Source: Chloroflexota bacterium
GTDB lineage: Bacteria > Chloroflexota > Chloroflexia > QHBQ01
Assembly: GCA_043754535.1 (NCBI GenBank)
Contig: JAYUUN010000103.1
Coordinates: forward strand, 1-64,000
Reading direction: 5' to 3'
Length of the DNA: 64,000 bases
Shown: piece by piece, positions 56,500-64,000 of the stretch
How the letters are laid out: the number at the start of each line of letters is the position of its first letter
Numbering within the stretch: the first letter of the stretch is position 1
Made by a program: the position numbers and the translations under genes
Notes under the pieces: generated by a model
What the model was told of the DNA's origin: nothing
Databases searched by the model: none
What the model saw: the letters and a program-made list of their open reading frames with translations, nothing else

Positions 56500-58347
56500 G
56501 TGGCTGAGAAGGAAAGAAACGAAAGATTGAGGATTGACGGCTTGGACCTGCAACCGCCTAACCGTGACATCAACCTTGATGGTGACCTGGATGTGGAAGA
56601 CGCGCACGCCGCCATGCACCTGCGGGCTAGCTCCCTATCGCGGATCGACCTCTTTAGCGGTCTCTCCACCGAGGAACTGACCGAGATCGGCCAGCAACTG
56701 CACTTCGTTCGCAAGCGCAAGAGCGAAATCGTCTGCACCGAGGGTGAACCCTCCGACTCCATGTACATCATCGAAACCGGCCAAGTGCGCGTGGTTTCCG
56801 ATGTGGAGACCGAGAAGATCGTGCTGGCTTACCTCGGCCCTGGCTCACACTTCGGCGAGATGGGTCTGCTGACCGGTGAGGCGCGTAGTGCTGGCATCGT
56901 CGTTAGCATTGACGCAGAATTGCTTGTGCTTACTAAAGAGCTTTTCGACAAGCTGCTGGCCGACTACCCCACCATTGCTCTCACCGTTAGTCGGGTGTTG
57001 GCCCAGCGACTGCGCAAGGCCGATACCCAGGTTTTCGCCAACAAAAAGTACCAGATCGTCGGCCTGCGTGGCACCGATGGGCTGGAACTGGCGAAGACGA
57101 TTGTGCAGCAGGTGGGCAGCCCAGTGGTGATCCTGGACATCCTGGCCGACAACTCCATTGCCCCCAACCTCAAGCTCAACCTGGAGAACCCGCGCCAGAT
57201 GGTCAGCATGATCGCCGACGAGGTGGGTCTGTTCCCGGTCGCCTTGCACGTCAGCGATGGGCAATTTAATGAGGCAGTCAGCCGCCTGCTAGATCAGGGC
57301 GGCTTTGAATACGCGCTAGTGCGGCTGCCTAGTGCCGGGCGCGAGGCAAGCGAGGCAGCAACCCAGGCGATGGACGCGATCCTGCTGGTGGGTGGCACCA
57401 GTGCGGCCTGGGTTAGCGAAGTAGCTGTGGGCAAGCTGTGGCGCGTTAACAACGCTAGTCGCCCAAATCTGGCGCGGATGGCCCGGCGCATCACCCGCCG
57501 CAGCGTGGGCCTGGCCCTCAGCAGCGGTGCTGGTCATGGCCTGGCCCACGTTGGGGTGATCAAGGTACTAGAAGCAGCGGGTATCCCTATTGACCTGGTG
57601 GCGGGGACGAGCATGGGGTCGCTGGTTGGCGCACTGATGGTTGCGGGCGTGCCAAAGGGCGACCCCAATCGGGTCGGCCTCAACGGCGAGGAGTTGACAG
57701 CCTGGGCGGGCGAAATGGCCCGGCGCGGCAACCCACGCACTGGTTGGCGATATTGGGACATCACCCTGCCACGCCAGGGCATCCTGCGCGGCCACAGTAC
57801 CACCAACTGGGTGCGCGAACTGACTCACGACGCGCGCTTTGAAGACCTGGATATCCCCCTCTACATCGTCGCCGCCGAAGTCTACCAGGGCCGTGAGGTG
57901 ATCCTCAGCAGCGGCTCAATCTCCGACGCAGTGCGGGCCAGCACCTCGATCCCCGGCCTCTTTGTTCCCCACTTCCTCAACGGTGAGTATTTGACCGACG
58001 GTGGGGCGGTCAACCCAGTGCCGTGCAGCCCCCTGGACGAGGCAGGGGCGGACATCATCATCGCCAGCAACACAATCCCTCCCATCGAGGAGCGCGCCTA
58101 CCGCAGCGTCCGCAAGAAGAAGGGGACGAAGCAGGCACCAAGCATCTTCGAGACGGTCTTCAGTATGCGCGAAGTAAGTGAGAGCCTAGTCGCCCTGCTG
58201 AAAACCAAGCCCTACAGCGTGCTGATCAGCCCCAAAGTGGGGATGTACAACAGCTTTGAGGTAGACAAGTACCGTGAGTTTATCAAAGCTGGCGAAGAAG
58301 CAACCGAAGCTGAGATTAGCAGAATCAAGGCACTGGTGGGGATGTAA
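56500..58347 (+). CDS. Cyclic-nucleotide-binding, patatin-like (NTE family) phospholipase
   Basis: EGEPSDSMYII..G.V, FGEMGLL..EARSA; GTSMG and DGG catalytic motifs. Confidence 0.9.
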   Translation: MAEKERNERLRIDGLDLQPPNRDINLDGDLDVEDAHAAMHLRASSLSRIDLFSGLSTEELTEIGQQLHFVRKRKSEIVCTEGEPSDSMYIIETGQVRVVSDVETEKIVLAYLGPGSHFGEMGLLTGEARSAGIVVSIDAELLVLTKELFDKLLADYPTIALTVSRVLAQRLRKADTQVFANKKYQIVGLRGTDGLELAKTIVQQVGSPVVILDILADNSIAPNLKLNLENPRQMVSMIADEVGLFPVALHVSDGQFNEAVSRLLDQGGFEYALVRLPSAGREASEAATQAMDAILLVGGTSAAWVSEVAVGKLWRVNNASRPNLARMARRITRRSVGLALSSGAGHGLAHVGVIKVLEAAGIPIDLVAGTSMGSLVGALMVAGVPKGDPNRVGLNGEELTAWAGEMARRGNPRTGWRYWDITLPRQGILRGHSTTNWVRELTHDARFEDLDIPLYIVAAEVYQGREVILSSGSISDAVRASTSIPGLFVPHFLNGEYLTDGGAVNPVPCSPLDEAGADIIIASNTIPPIEERAYRSVRKKKGTKQAPSIFETVFSMREVSESLVALLKTKPYSVLISPKVGMYNSFEVDKYREFIKAGEEATEAEISRIKALVGM

Positions 58348-58348
58348 C

Positions 58349-58387
58349 AGCCTCCCCCTCGCACTTGTAGTGTGGAGGGGGAGGCTA
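58349..58387. terminator. Hairpin between convergent genes
   Basis: AGCCTCCCCCTC / GAGGGGAGGCT stem. Confidence 0.65.
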
Positions 58388-58424
58388 ACATTGCTATGGA
58401 CTTGCTATTGCTGCTAACCAGTCG

Positions 58425-60191
58425 CTAGACACGCCGCGTCCCCTCGTGTGGCTGGCTCTGCCAGAACCAGGGCGGGGGCAACAGGCCGTAATCCCCGCTG
58501 GCTAGCTCCGCCTCGTTCGCCTTCTCGTCTGCCTTGCACTCTGCAAGTGACGCAGGCTGAGAGGTGGGCCGCTGCACCTGCTGCCCACGCCGATAAGCCA
58601 GAGCCATGCCGCCGCCAATTAGCAACGCACCTGCCAGCGGCCAGGCAAGGTTGGCTGGGTTCTGCTCGCCACCGCTGCCCTGCTGCGGCGCAACCATGTC
58701 GCTGATCGGCTGCACCTTTTGCAGGCTAATCCCCTTGCTCTGGTTGCCCACTTCGGCGGCCACTAGGCTAACGATCACCTCGTCGAGGTTGTTGGTGCTG
58801 TACTGGTTGACGTGCATATCGGTCGCGCTGCCTGCCGCCCCGCTAACCCCGTTCGCGTAGGTGAGGAAGACGAACTTCGCCTGCGTGTAGGCAGCCACCT
58901 GTCTGTAGATGTACTCGCCGTCGTCGGTCATGCCGCTGGCTGCGACAGTGAAGACCTTGATCCCCCGCGCTGCTGCCTTCTGCATCAGCAGGCCGTAGCC
59001 AGCCTCGTCGCTGTAGTCGTTGTGCGGGGCCGCATCGGTGACGGTGAAGACCAAGCGCAGGCTGTGCTGCTGGTCGCTGTTCCAGCTAAGGTTGTCGAGC
59101 GTGTCAGCCAGGCCTGCATTAAAATCCTCTGGCGTGTCGCCGCCATTGTCTGCCTGGATCGTGTTCAGGTTGCTAGAGAAGGTGGCTACGTCACTGGTAA
59201 AATCCCAATGCTTGCTCACATACTGGTCGCTGCGGTCGCGGTAGGTGACGAGGCCGAAGCGGACGTGGGGGCTGCCAGGCAACTGGCCGATCCGCTGGCT
59301 GATCGTGAAGATCGTCGCCTTGATGCGGTCGAGTTCGTCGCCCATGCTGCCAGTGCTGTCCAACAGGAACACGATGTCGAGATTGCTGACCGTCTGCTGG
59401 GTGGCTAGGGTGAGGGCGAGAGTCTGGGTCTTGCCCCGCACTATTTCCCCGACGCTACTCGCTCCATCACGGTTGACCTGCACCGTGAAGCTCTGCTGTT
59501 GGCTGCCGAAAACGCGAGGGAAGAAGGCGATGCGCCCGTCGCTGGTCGTACGCCCACTGAAGATCGCCTGCTGGCCGTCGCTGATGCTCACCTGCGCGTC
59601 GGCAACAGGCCGCTGGCTACCGTCCGCCACCTGCACGAAGTAGCGTTCGCTGAGGTCGGCATTGGCGGCATTGTACTGCTGCGCGCCAGCGATATACTTG
59701 AGATAGTCAGGGTAGCTGGCATTGTCATCCACCGTGCCAGCGGTCAGGCCACTCGGCCCCTGATACTGCGACTGCACCGGCTGCGTGGGCAGCACAGCGA
59801 TTGACCCCTCCCGCCCACTGCCACTGGCATCAATAGAGAACGTGCTGTTGCGTGGTGCAGTGCCACCGCGCAGAGCAACGCCTGGCGCGCTGCTAGTGGC
59901 CCCACCGCCGCTGCCTGCCGACGTAGCAGGCAGGCTGCTGGCGTAGTAAGCCGGAGCCTTCGCTGCATCGTCTGCTGGGGCGGCTTGCAAGTGGAGGTTG
60001 CTGGGTGGCGCACCAGTGGCTGCCCGCTCGCCACCCCCCCGGCTGACAGCAGCGGAGTCGGTACCCAGGGTGGAAGCGACTGTACTGAAGTTCTGGTTCA
60101 TCCTGCCTGCACTAAGGCTGAGGAGTAGGGTCGCGCAGATGGCGACGAGGGCGAGAGCAGCAAACAGCTTGCGGTTGAGCAACTTACGCAT
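58425..60191 (-). CDS. Secreted or membrane-anchored von Willebrand factor A domain protein
   Basis: MIDAS DSTGSM, YRD, GGDTPE, TDA.PH; N-terminal signal and C-terminal TM helix. Confidence 0.87.
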   Translation of the reverse strand: MRKLLNRKLFAALALVAICATLLLSLSAGRMNQNFSTVASTLGTDSAAVSRGGGERAATGAPPSNLHLQAAPADDAAKAPAYYASSLPATSAGSGGGATSSAPGVALRGGTAPRNSTFSIDASGSGREGSIAVLPTQPVQSQYQGPSGLTAGTVDDNASYPDYLKYIAGAQQYNAANADLSERYFVQVADGSQRPVADAQVSISDGQQAIFSGRTTSDGRIAFFPRVFGSQQQSFTVQVNRDGASSVGEIVRGKTQTLALTLATQQTVSNLDIVFLLDSTGSMGDELDRIKATIFTISQRIGQLPGSPHVRFGLVTYRDRSDQYVSKHWDFTSDVATFSSNLNTIQADNGGDTPEDFNAGLADTLDNLSWNSDQQHSLRLVFTVTDAAPHNDYSDEAGYGLLMQKAAARGIKVFTVAASGMTDDGEYIYRQVAAYTQAKFVFLTYANGVSGAAGSATDMHVNQYSTNNLDEVIVSLVAAEVGNQSKGISLQKVQPISDMVAPQQGSGGEQNPANLAWPLAGALLIGGGMALAYRRGQQVQRPTSQPASLAECKADEKANEAELASGDYGLLPPPWFWQSQPHEGTRRV

Positions 60192-60246
60192 GGCGGTATT
60201 CCCTTTCTGTGGTCTATTCTCATGATCGGTGGTTCGTTGCGATCAA

Positions 60247-60272
60247 GACGACCAGGGGGGAGGAATAGTTCC
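60247..60272 (-). promoter_or_regulatory. Putative ECF sigma promoter GGAAC-N17-CGTC
   Basis: Typical ECF -35/-10 about 55 nt upstream of the vWA gene, just after the upstream terminator. Confidence 0.5.
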
Positions 60273-60335
60273 CGCCAAATAGAAGGCGGCCCCGAACTTT
60301 CGTCCGAGGCCGCTTGAGGTCAGCTAAAGGGCTGG

Positions 60336-61643
60336 CTACTGGTTCTTCACTTCGGTGTAGATGCGCTCGTAGAGTTCGGTGTTGTCGCCCAGGTCCTTGA
60401 TCGCCTCCTGCTTGTCCAGCACTGACTGGTCGGGGTAGAGCGACTTGTTGCTGGTCAGCGACTTGTCGATCATCGGGATCGCGGCGGGGATCGGGTCAGC
60501 ATACTGGATGTAGTTGCTGTTACGCGCCGAAATCTCTGGATCGAGCATGAAGTTGAGGAAGACCTCGGCGGCGTACTTGTGCGGAGCCGTCTTGAGGATC
60601 ACCAGGTTGTCCTGCCAGATGGTGCTGCCTTCCTTAGGGATGAAATACTTGACGGTCGGGCGGGTCTGCGCCACCCGCAGGGCATCACCAACATACATCT
60701 GGGCAATGTCAATGTCGCCGGTACTCATGTTTTGCAGGTTGGTGCCATCATAGGCCTTGATCAGCGGCTTCTGCGCAATCAGCTTCTCGCGGGCCTGATT
60801 AAGTTGGGCCTTGTCCACGCTGTTGTAGCTGTAGCCCAGCAGCTTGAGGGCCGCGCCAATCGTCTCGCGGCTATCGTCGAGCAGGCCGATCTTGCCCTTG
60901 TAGGTCGGGTCAAAGAGGATGTTCCAGCTATCGGGCGCGGGACTGACCTTGCTGCTGTCATAGGCAATGCCGGTCGTCCCCCAGGTGTAGGCCAGCGAAT
61001 ACTTGTTCTGTGGGTCGAAGTCGCGACTGCGGAACCGCTTGTCGATCCCAGCCACGTTCGGCACGTTGTTGAGGTTGATCTCGGCCAGGAAGTTGAGGCC
61101 AGCCATCTTACCCACCATATAGTCACTGGGTACTGCCACATCGTAGCCAGTCACGCCGCCCTGAATCTTAGTTAGCAGCTCCTCATTCGAGGTGTAGGTA
61201 TCGAGGGTGACGTGTACGCCATAGCACTGCTCGAACTCCTTGAGCAGTTCGGGGTCTATGTAGTCCGACCAATGGTAGACATTTAGCTCCTTGCCGAGCT
61301 TTGCTTTGTCCACTTGCAGGCCAGCAATTGTCCCCATGCCACAACCAGTCACAGGAGTGTTGGGCGCATCGGCAGTGGTGAGGGTGTTGGTGGCAACCTG
61401 TGCGACGCTGGTGGGTGTAGCTGCTGGCTTAGCAACAGTGGCCGCCGTGGTAGCCACACTAGTAGCCGCGAGGCTGGTTGCCAGCGGAGTGGCGACAGGC
61501 GGGGTACTCGTAGCCGCCGGGCTGGTTGCCACCGCGGTGGCGGCGGTTGGGGTAGTGGCGGTGGCATTGTCACACGCGCCCAGGGCAAAAACAACTACCA
61601 GCAGCACAGACAGCAGGGCTACCAGACGGTTGATCTTCTTCAA
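60336..61643 (-). CDS. potD: Spermidine/putrescine ABC transporter substrate-binding lipoprotein with long Thr/Ala/Pro linker
   Basis: LGAC lipobox; WSDYIDP, SNEEL, YDVAVPSDY, WGTTGIAY, PKEG..IW.D. Confidence 0.88.
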   Translation of the reverse strand: MKKINRLVALLSVLLVVVFALGACDNATATTPTAATAVATSPAATSTPPVATPLATSLAATSVATTAATVAKPAATPTSVAQVATNTLTTADAPNTPVTGCGMGTIAGLQVDKAKLGKELNVYHWSDYIDPELLKEFEQCYGVHVTLDTYTSNEELLTKIQGGVTGYDVAVPSDYMVGKMAGLNFLAEINLNNVPNVAGIDKRFRSRDFDPQNKYSLAYTWGTTGIAYDSSKVSPAPDSWNILFDPTYKGKIGLLDDSRETIGAALKLLGYSYNSVDKAQLNQAREKLIAQKPLIKAYDGTNLQNMSTGDIDIAQMYVGDALRVAQTRPTVKYFIPKEGSTIWQDNLVILKTAPHKYAAEVFLNFMLDPEISARNSNYIQYADPIPAAIPMIDKSLTSNKSLYPDQSVLDKQEAIKDLGDNTELYERIYTEVKNQ

Positions 61644-61759
61644 TTCTTTCCTTTCTAACACGGGTCATCACAACCCAACAGCCGCGCCACGCAGCGCGAG
61701 CCACCAGGGGACAACGAGTGTGCGGCCCATCGCCAGCACACAATTGCCTATTATACCAA

Positions 61760-63001
61760 CTATTGGGCCACCAATGCGAGGTTTTCGCCAGCGCATTGCC
61801 GCAAGGTTGCAGAAATGGTCACAGTCGCTAAACCCTGCCTACCTTCTACCACCACCCGCTCGTAGGCCGCCACCACCCGGTCGGTCACTACCGCCCAGGT
61901 GAAGTTGGCGTTGACGTACTGCTGACCCGCTGCGCCCAGGGTAGCGGCAGCGGCGGGGTCGCTGAGGATGCGGCGTAGGGCAGCGGCCAGGGCGGGCGCA
62001 TCTTGGGGCGGGTAGAGCAGACCACTCTCGCCCGCCCTCACTACTTCAGGGAAGCCACCGAAGTCACTGGCAACCAGGGGGCGGGCGCAGGCCGAGGCCT
62101 CGCACAGCACCATACCAAAGGTCTCGTTGGCAAAGCTTGTGCCAACCACCACGGCGGCACTCGCCATGTAGCGTGGGGCATCACTGTGTGGTATGTCGCC
62201 AACAAAGCTCACCCGCTCTGCCACTCCCAACTCGCGGGCCAAAGCCTCAAGCTGGGGGCGGTAGCTGCCATCACCAGCAATCACTACCTGTGCATCGGCT
62301 AGCGGGTCGCCTACCTCCTTGCCCAGGGCGAGAGCTTCGATCAGGTACTGCGCTCCCTTCCAGCGGATCAAGCGGCCCATAAAGAGGATCATCTTCGGCC
62401 CATAGCGGGCCATTAGCTCGGCGGCGGGCGGGCGGGGGGAGAATAGCTGGGTGTCAAAGCCGTTGTAGACGACCTGGGGGTGGAGCCGATAGTGGTCGTG
62501 GATTTCGGCTGCGTTGAAGCGGCTACATGACACCGCTCCATCTACGAAGCGCACGAAGAAGCGGTCGCCCGCCCAGTAGTCGCGGCCATGACAGCCGAAC
62601 AGCAGCCGCGCCCGCGTCAGCCAGCGCGCCACCGCGGCCAGGGGCAGGTCGTAAGGCTTCTGAATGTGGATCACATCGTAGCGGGCGCGCAGCAGTGCAG
62701 GCAGAGCAAAGACAGCGAAGCTGAGCCGTTCAAGCAGCTTGGTCAGGCCATACTGCCGCCCCAGCAACGGCAACCGCCGCCACCCCTCGCGGCTGATGAA
62801 GCGATGGGTGCGTACCTGCACCCCTGGGTAGTCGTGGCGGATCGGCCCGCGCCCGCCAACCACCGTCACCGCGTAGCCCCGTGCTGCCAACTCGCGGCCC
62901 AACTCCCAGACGAACGTCTCCACCCCACCCTGCTTGGTCGTCGTCGTCAGGTTGAGCAAGCAGACCTTCTGCCCCTGGGTCTTCATCTTCCCCTTAGCCA
63001 T
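61760..63001 (-). CDS. Glycosyltransferase family 4
   Basis: GGVE, VVYNG, GRL..WKG, ETFGMVLCEA. Confidence 0.92.
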   Translation of the reverse strand: MAKGKMKTQGQKVCLLNLTTTTKQGGVETFVWELGRELAARGYAVTVVGGRGPIRHDYPGVQVRTHRFISREGWRRLPLLGRQYGLTKLLERLSFAVFALPALLRARYDVIHIQKPYDLPLAAVARWLTRARLLFGCHGRDYWAGDRFFVRFVDGAVSCSRFNAAEIHDHYRLHPQVVYNGFDTQLFSPRPPAAELMARYGPKMILFMGRLIRWKGAQYLIEALALGKEVGDPLADAQVVIAGDGSYRPQLEALARELGVAERVSFVGDIPHSDAPRYMASAAVVVGTSFANETFGMVLCEASACARPLVASDFGGFPEVVRAGESGLLYPPQDAPALAAALRRILSDPAAAATLGAAGQQYVNANFTWAVVTDRVVAAYERVVVEGRQGLATVTISATLRQCAGENLALVAQ

Positions 63002-64000
63002 TACGCCTCCCGATCAGCAGGCAGCCACCGGCGATAAGCAGCAGAACCAGGCACGGCCAGCCCACCGCCCCCGACAGACGGGCTACGGCGGCGGGATCGA
63101 GTCCGCTGCGGCTGGCGTACCAGTACCAGTGGTCGAGCAGGTGGGGGTAGTCGGTGCGGTAGAACCAGTCGAACCGCTGCTTTGCGCTCCGCAATGGCAT
63201 GGCGGGCAGGTTGGGTGCAGGTGCGAGCGGCAGCAGCCCCTCCGCTGTGTAGACCGCTATTTGCTCCACGCTGACCCCTAGAGTCTCGTCGCGAGCAATG
63301 CCAACCTGGGCGGGGTTCCAGGTATCGCTGGCGATCACTAGCTCTCGGTTGCCACTGCTAGAGGCGGCGAAGGTGGTGTGTATGCCGTCCGCAGCCAGGC
63401 TAGCCGTAGCAGGCTGGCCGCCGAGCAGCACCCGTACCTTCGCCCGTGGCAGGCTGGGCGGACGATGGTCGGCGATCAGCACGGTCAGCGTATAGGCAGC
63501 AGGGTAGTTGATCTGGACCACGCCGCTGCCGTTAGTCCAGCGTGGCAGGTTGGCCGCCGCCCCCTCGTTGACGCTCCAACCGCTGGTCAGCCCCAGGCTA
63601 GCGGGCGGGTTGGCCTGCCACTGGCCCAGCCTCGTCGCTAGCAGGCGGGCGTGGCCGAGCAGGGGCGAACCAGCGACCGTGTAGTAGCGATAATCGTCGC
63701 CAGCCGCTGTGTTGTTGGCTCGCTGGTTGTAGGTGAGGTTGATATAGGTGTCGAAGTTGACCGCCGCGCCGAACAGTTGCCCACTCAAGCCCAACACCGC
63801 CAGCCCGATCACTGCCGCCCGCATTGCATATTGGCGCACCGCCCAGGCATCCTCTACCAGGGCTGCGACAGGGAGCAGGGCGAAGGGGAGGGTAGGCATC
63901 AGATAGCGCGGCCCCCACGAGCCGTCACCATGCCAGAAGCGGTTGGTAGCATAGAAGATGAGGTGTGCAATGATGATCGCTACGCAGACCGCCGCCAGTG
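62994..64000 (-). CDS. 3' part of a membrane protein, GT-C glycosyltransferase-like (starts beyond the window)
   Basis: Frame open to the window edge; FWHGDGSWGPRYLMP motif followed by TM helices. Confidence 0.65.
   Translation of the reverse strand, partial: LAAVCVAIIIAHLIFYATNRFWHGDGSWGPRYLMPTLPFALLPVAALVEDAWAVRQYAMRAAVIGLAVLGLSGQLFGAAVNFDTYINLTYNQRANNTAAGDDYRYYTVAGSPLLGHARLLATRLGQWQANPPASLGLTSGWSVNEGAAANLPRWTNGSGVVQINYPAAYTLTVLIADHRPPSLPRAKVRVLLGGQPATASLAADGIHTTFAASSSGNRELVIASDTWNPAQVGIARDETLGVSVEQIAVYTAEGLLPLAPAPNLPAMPLRSAKQRFDWFYRTDYPHLLDHWYWYASRSGLDPAAVARLSGAVGWPCLVLLLIAGGCLLIGRRNG

Noticed and set aside
56500..58347. CBASS/Pycsar-type anti-phage effector
   Set aside because: No nucleotidyltransferase or cyclase nearby; architecture fits housekeeping NTE-family proteins
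1..64000. tRNA, rRNA, CRISPR arrays, IS elements, reverse transcriptase or DGR
   Set aside because: No such signatures seen by eye; the paralogue repeats do not show adenine-specific variation and no RT is present

Overview
A 64-kb, GC-rich bacterial chromosomal segment, most likely from Chloroflexota. This is inferred from several secreted proteins carrying YFxETGH/GYP/VQYFER-type and WxRTD/YWGP/VQYFDK-type modules and PTATxT linkers. It is mostly core and accessory housekeeping: a TPP-riboswitch thiamine salvage operon (thiN plus YkoEDC-like ECF transporter), a penicillin-acylase-family enzyme, three tandem secreted paralogues, ubiX, an ArsR-SDR-SDR unit with a consensus promoter and operator, folE-folP-folK, a partial suf cluster lacking sufB/D/U, a stand-alone XRE + ImmA/IrrE pair, ppk2, fakB-fakB-fakA-asp23/rpmB, prfA-prmC, an M1 peptidase, thpR, nadE, AlkZ-like and DUF2851 genes, a cNMP-patatin, a vWA protein, a PotD-like protein and glycosyltransferases. 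I saw no rRNA, tRNA, CRISPR array, integrase or transposase. Best leads: (i) six proteins sharing a putative envelope-anchoring module, with matching ECF-sigma-like promoters in front of two of them; (ii) an XRE/IrrE switch with no mobile element, back-to-back with a suf operon lacking sufBD; (iii) a FolP with the N-terminal extension typical of bifunctional dihydropteroate synthase/reductase; (iv) a Cys-rich 17-codon uORF overlapping a second uORF coupled to the M1 peptidase; (v) a 680-nt out-of-frame overlap and an S component with extra TM helices in the thiamine ECF operon. All calls come from motif recognition by eye; no database searches were run.
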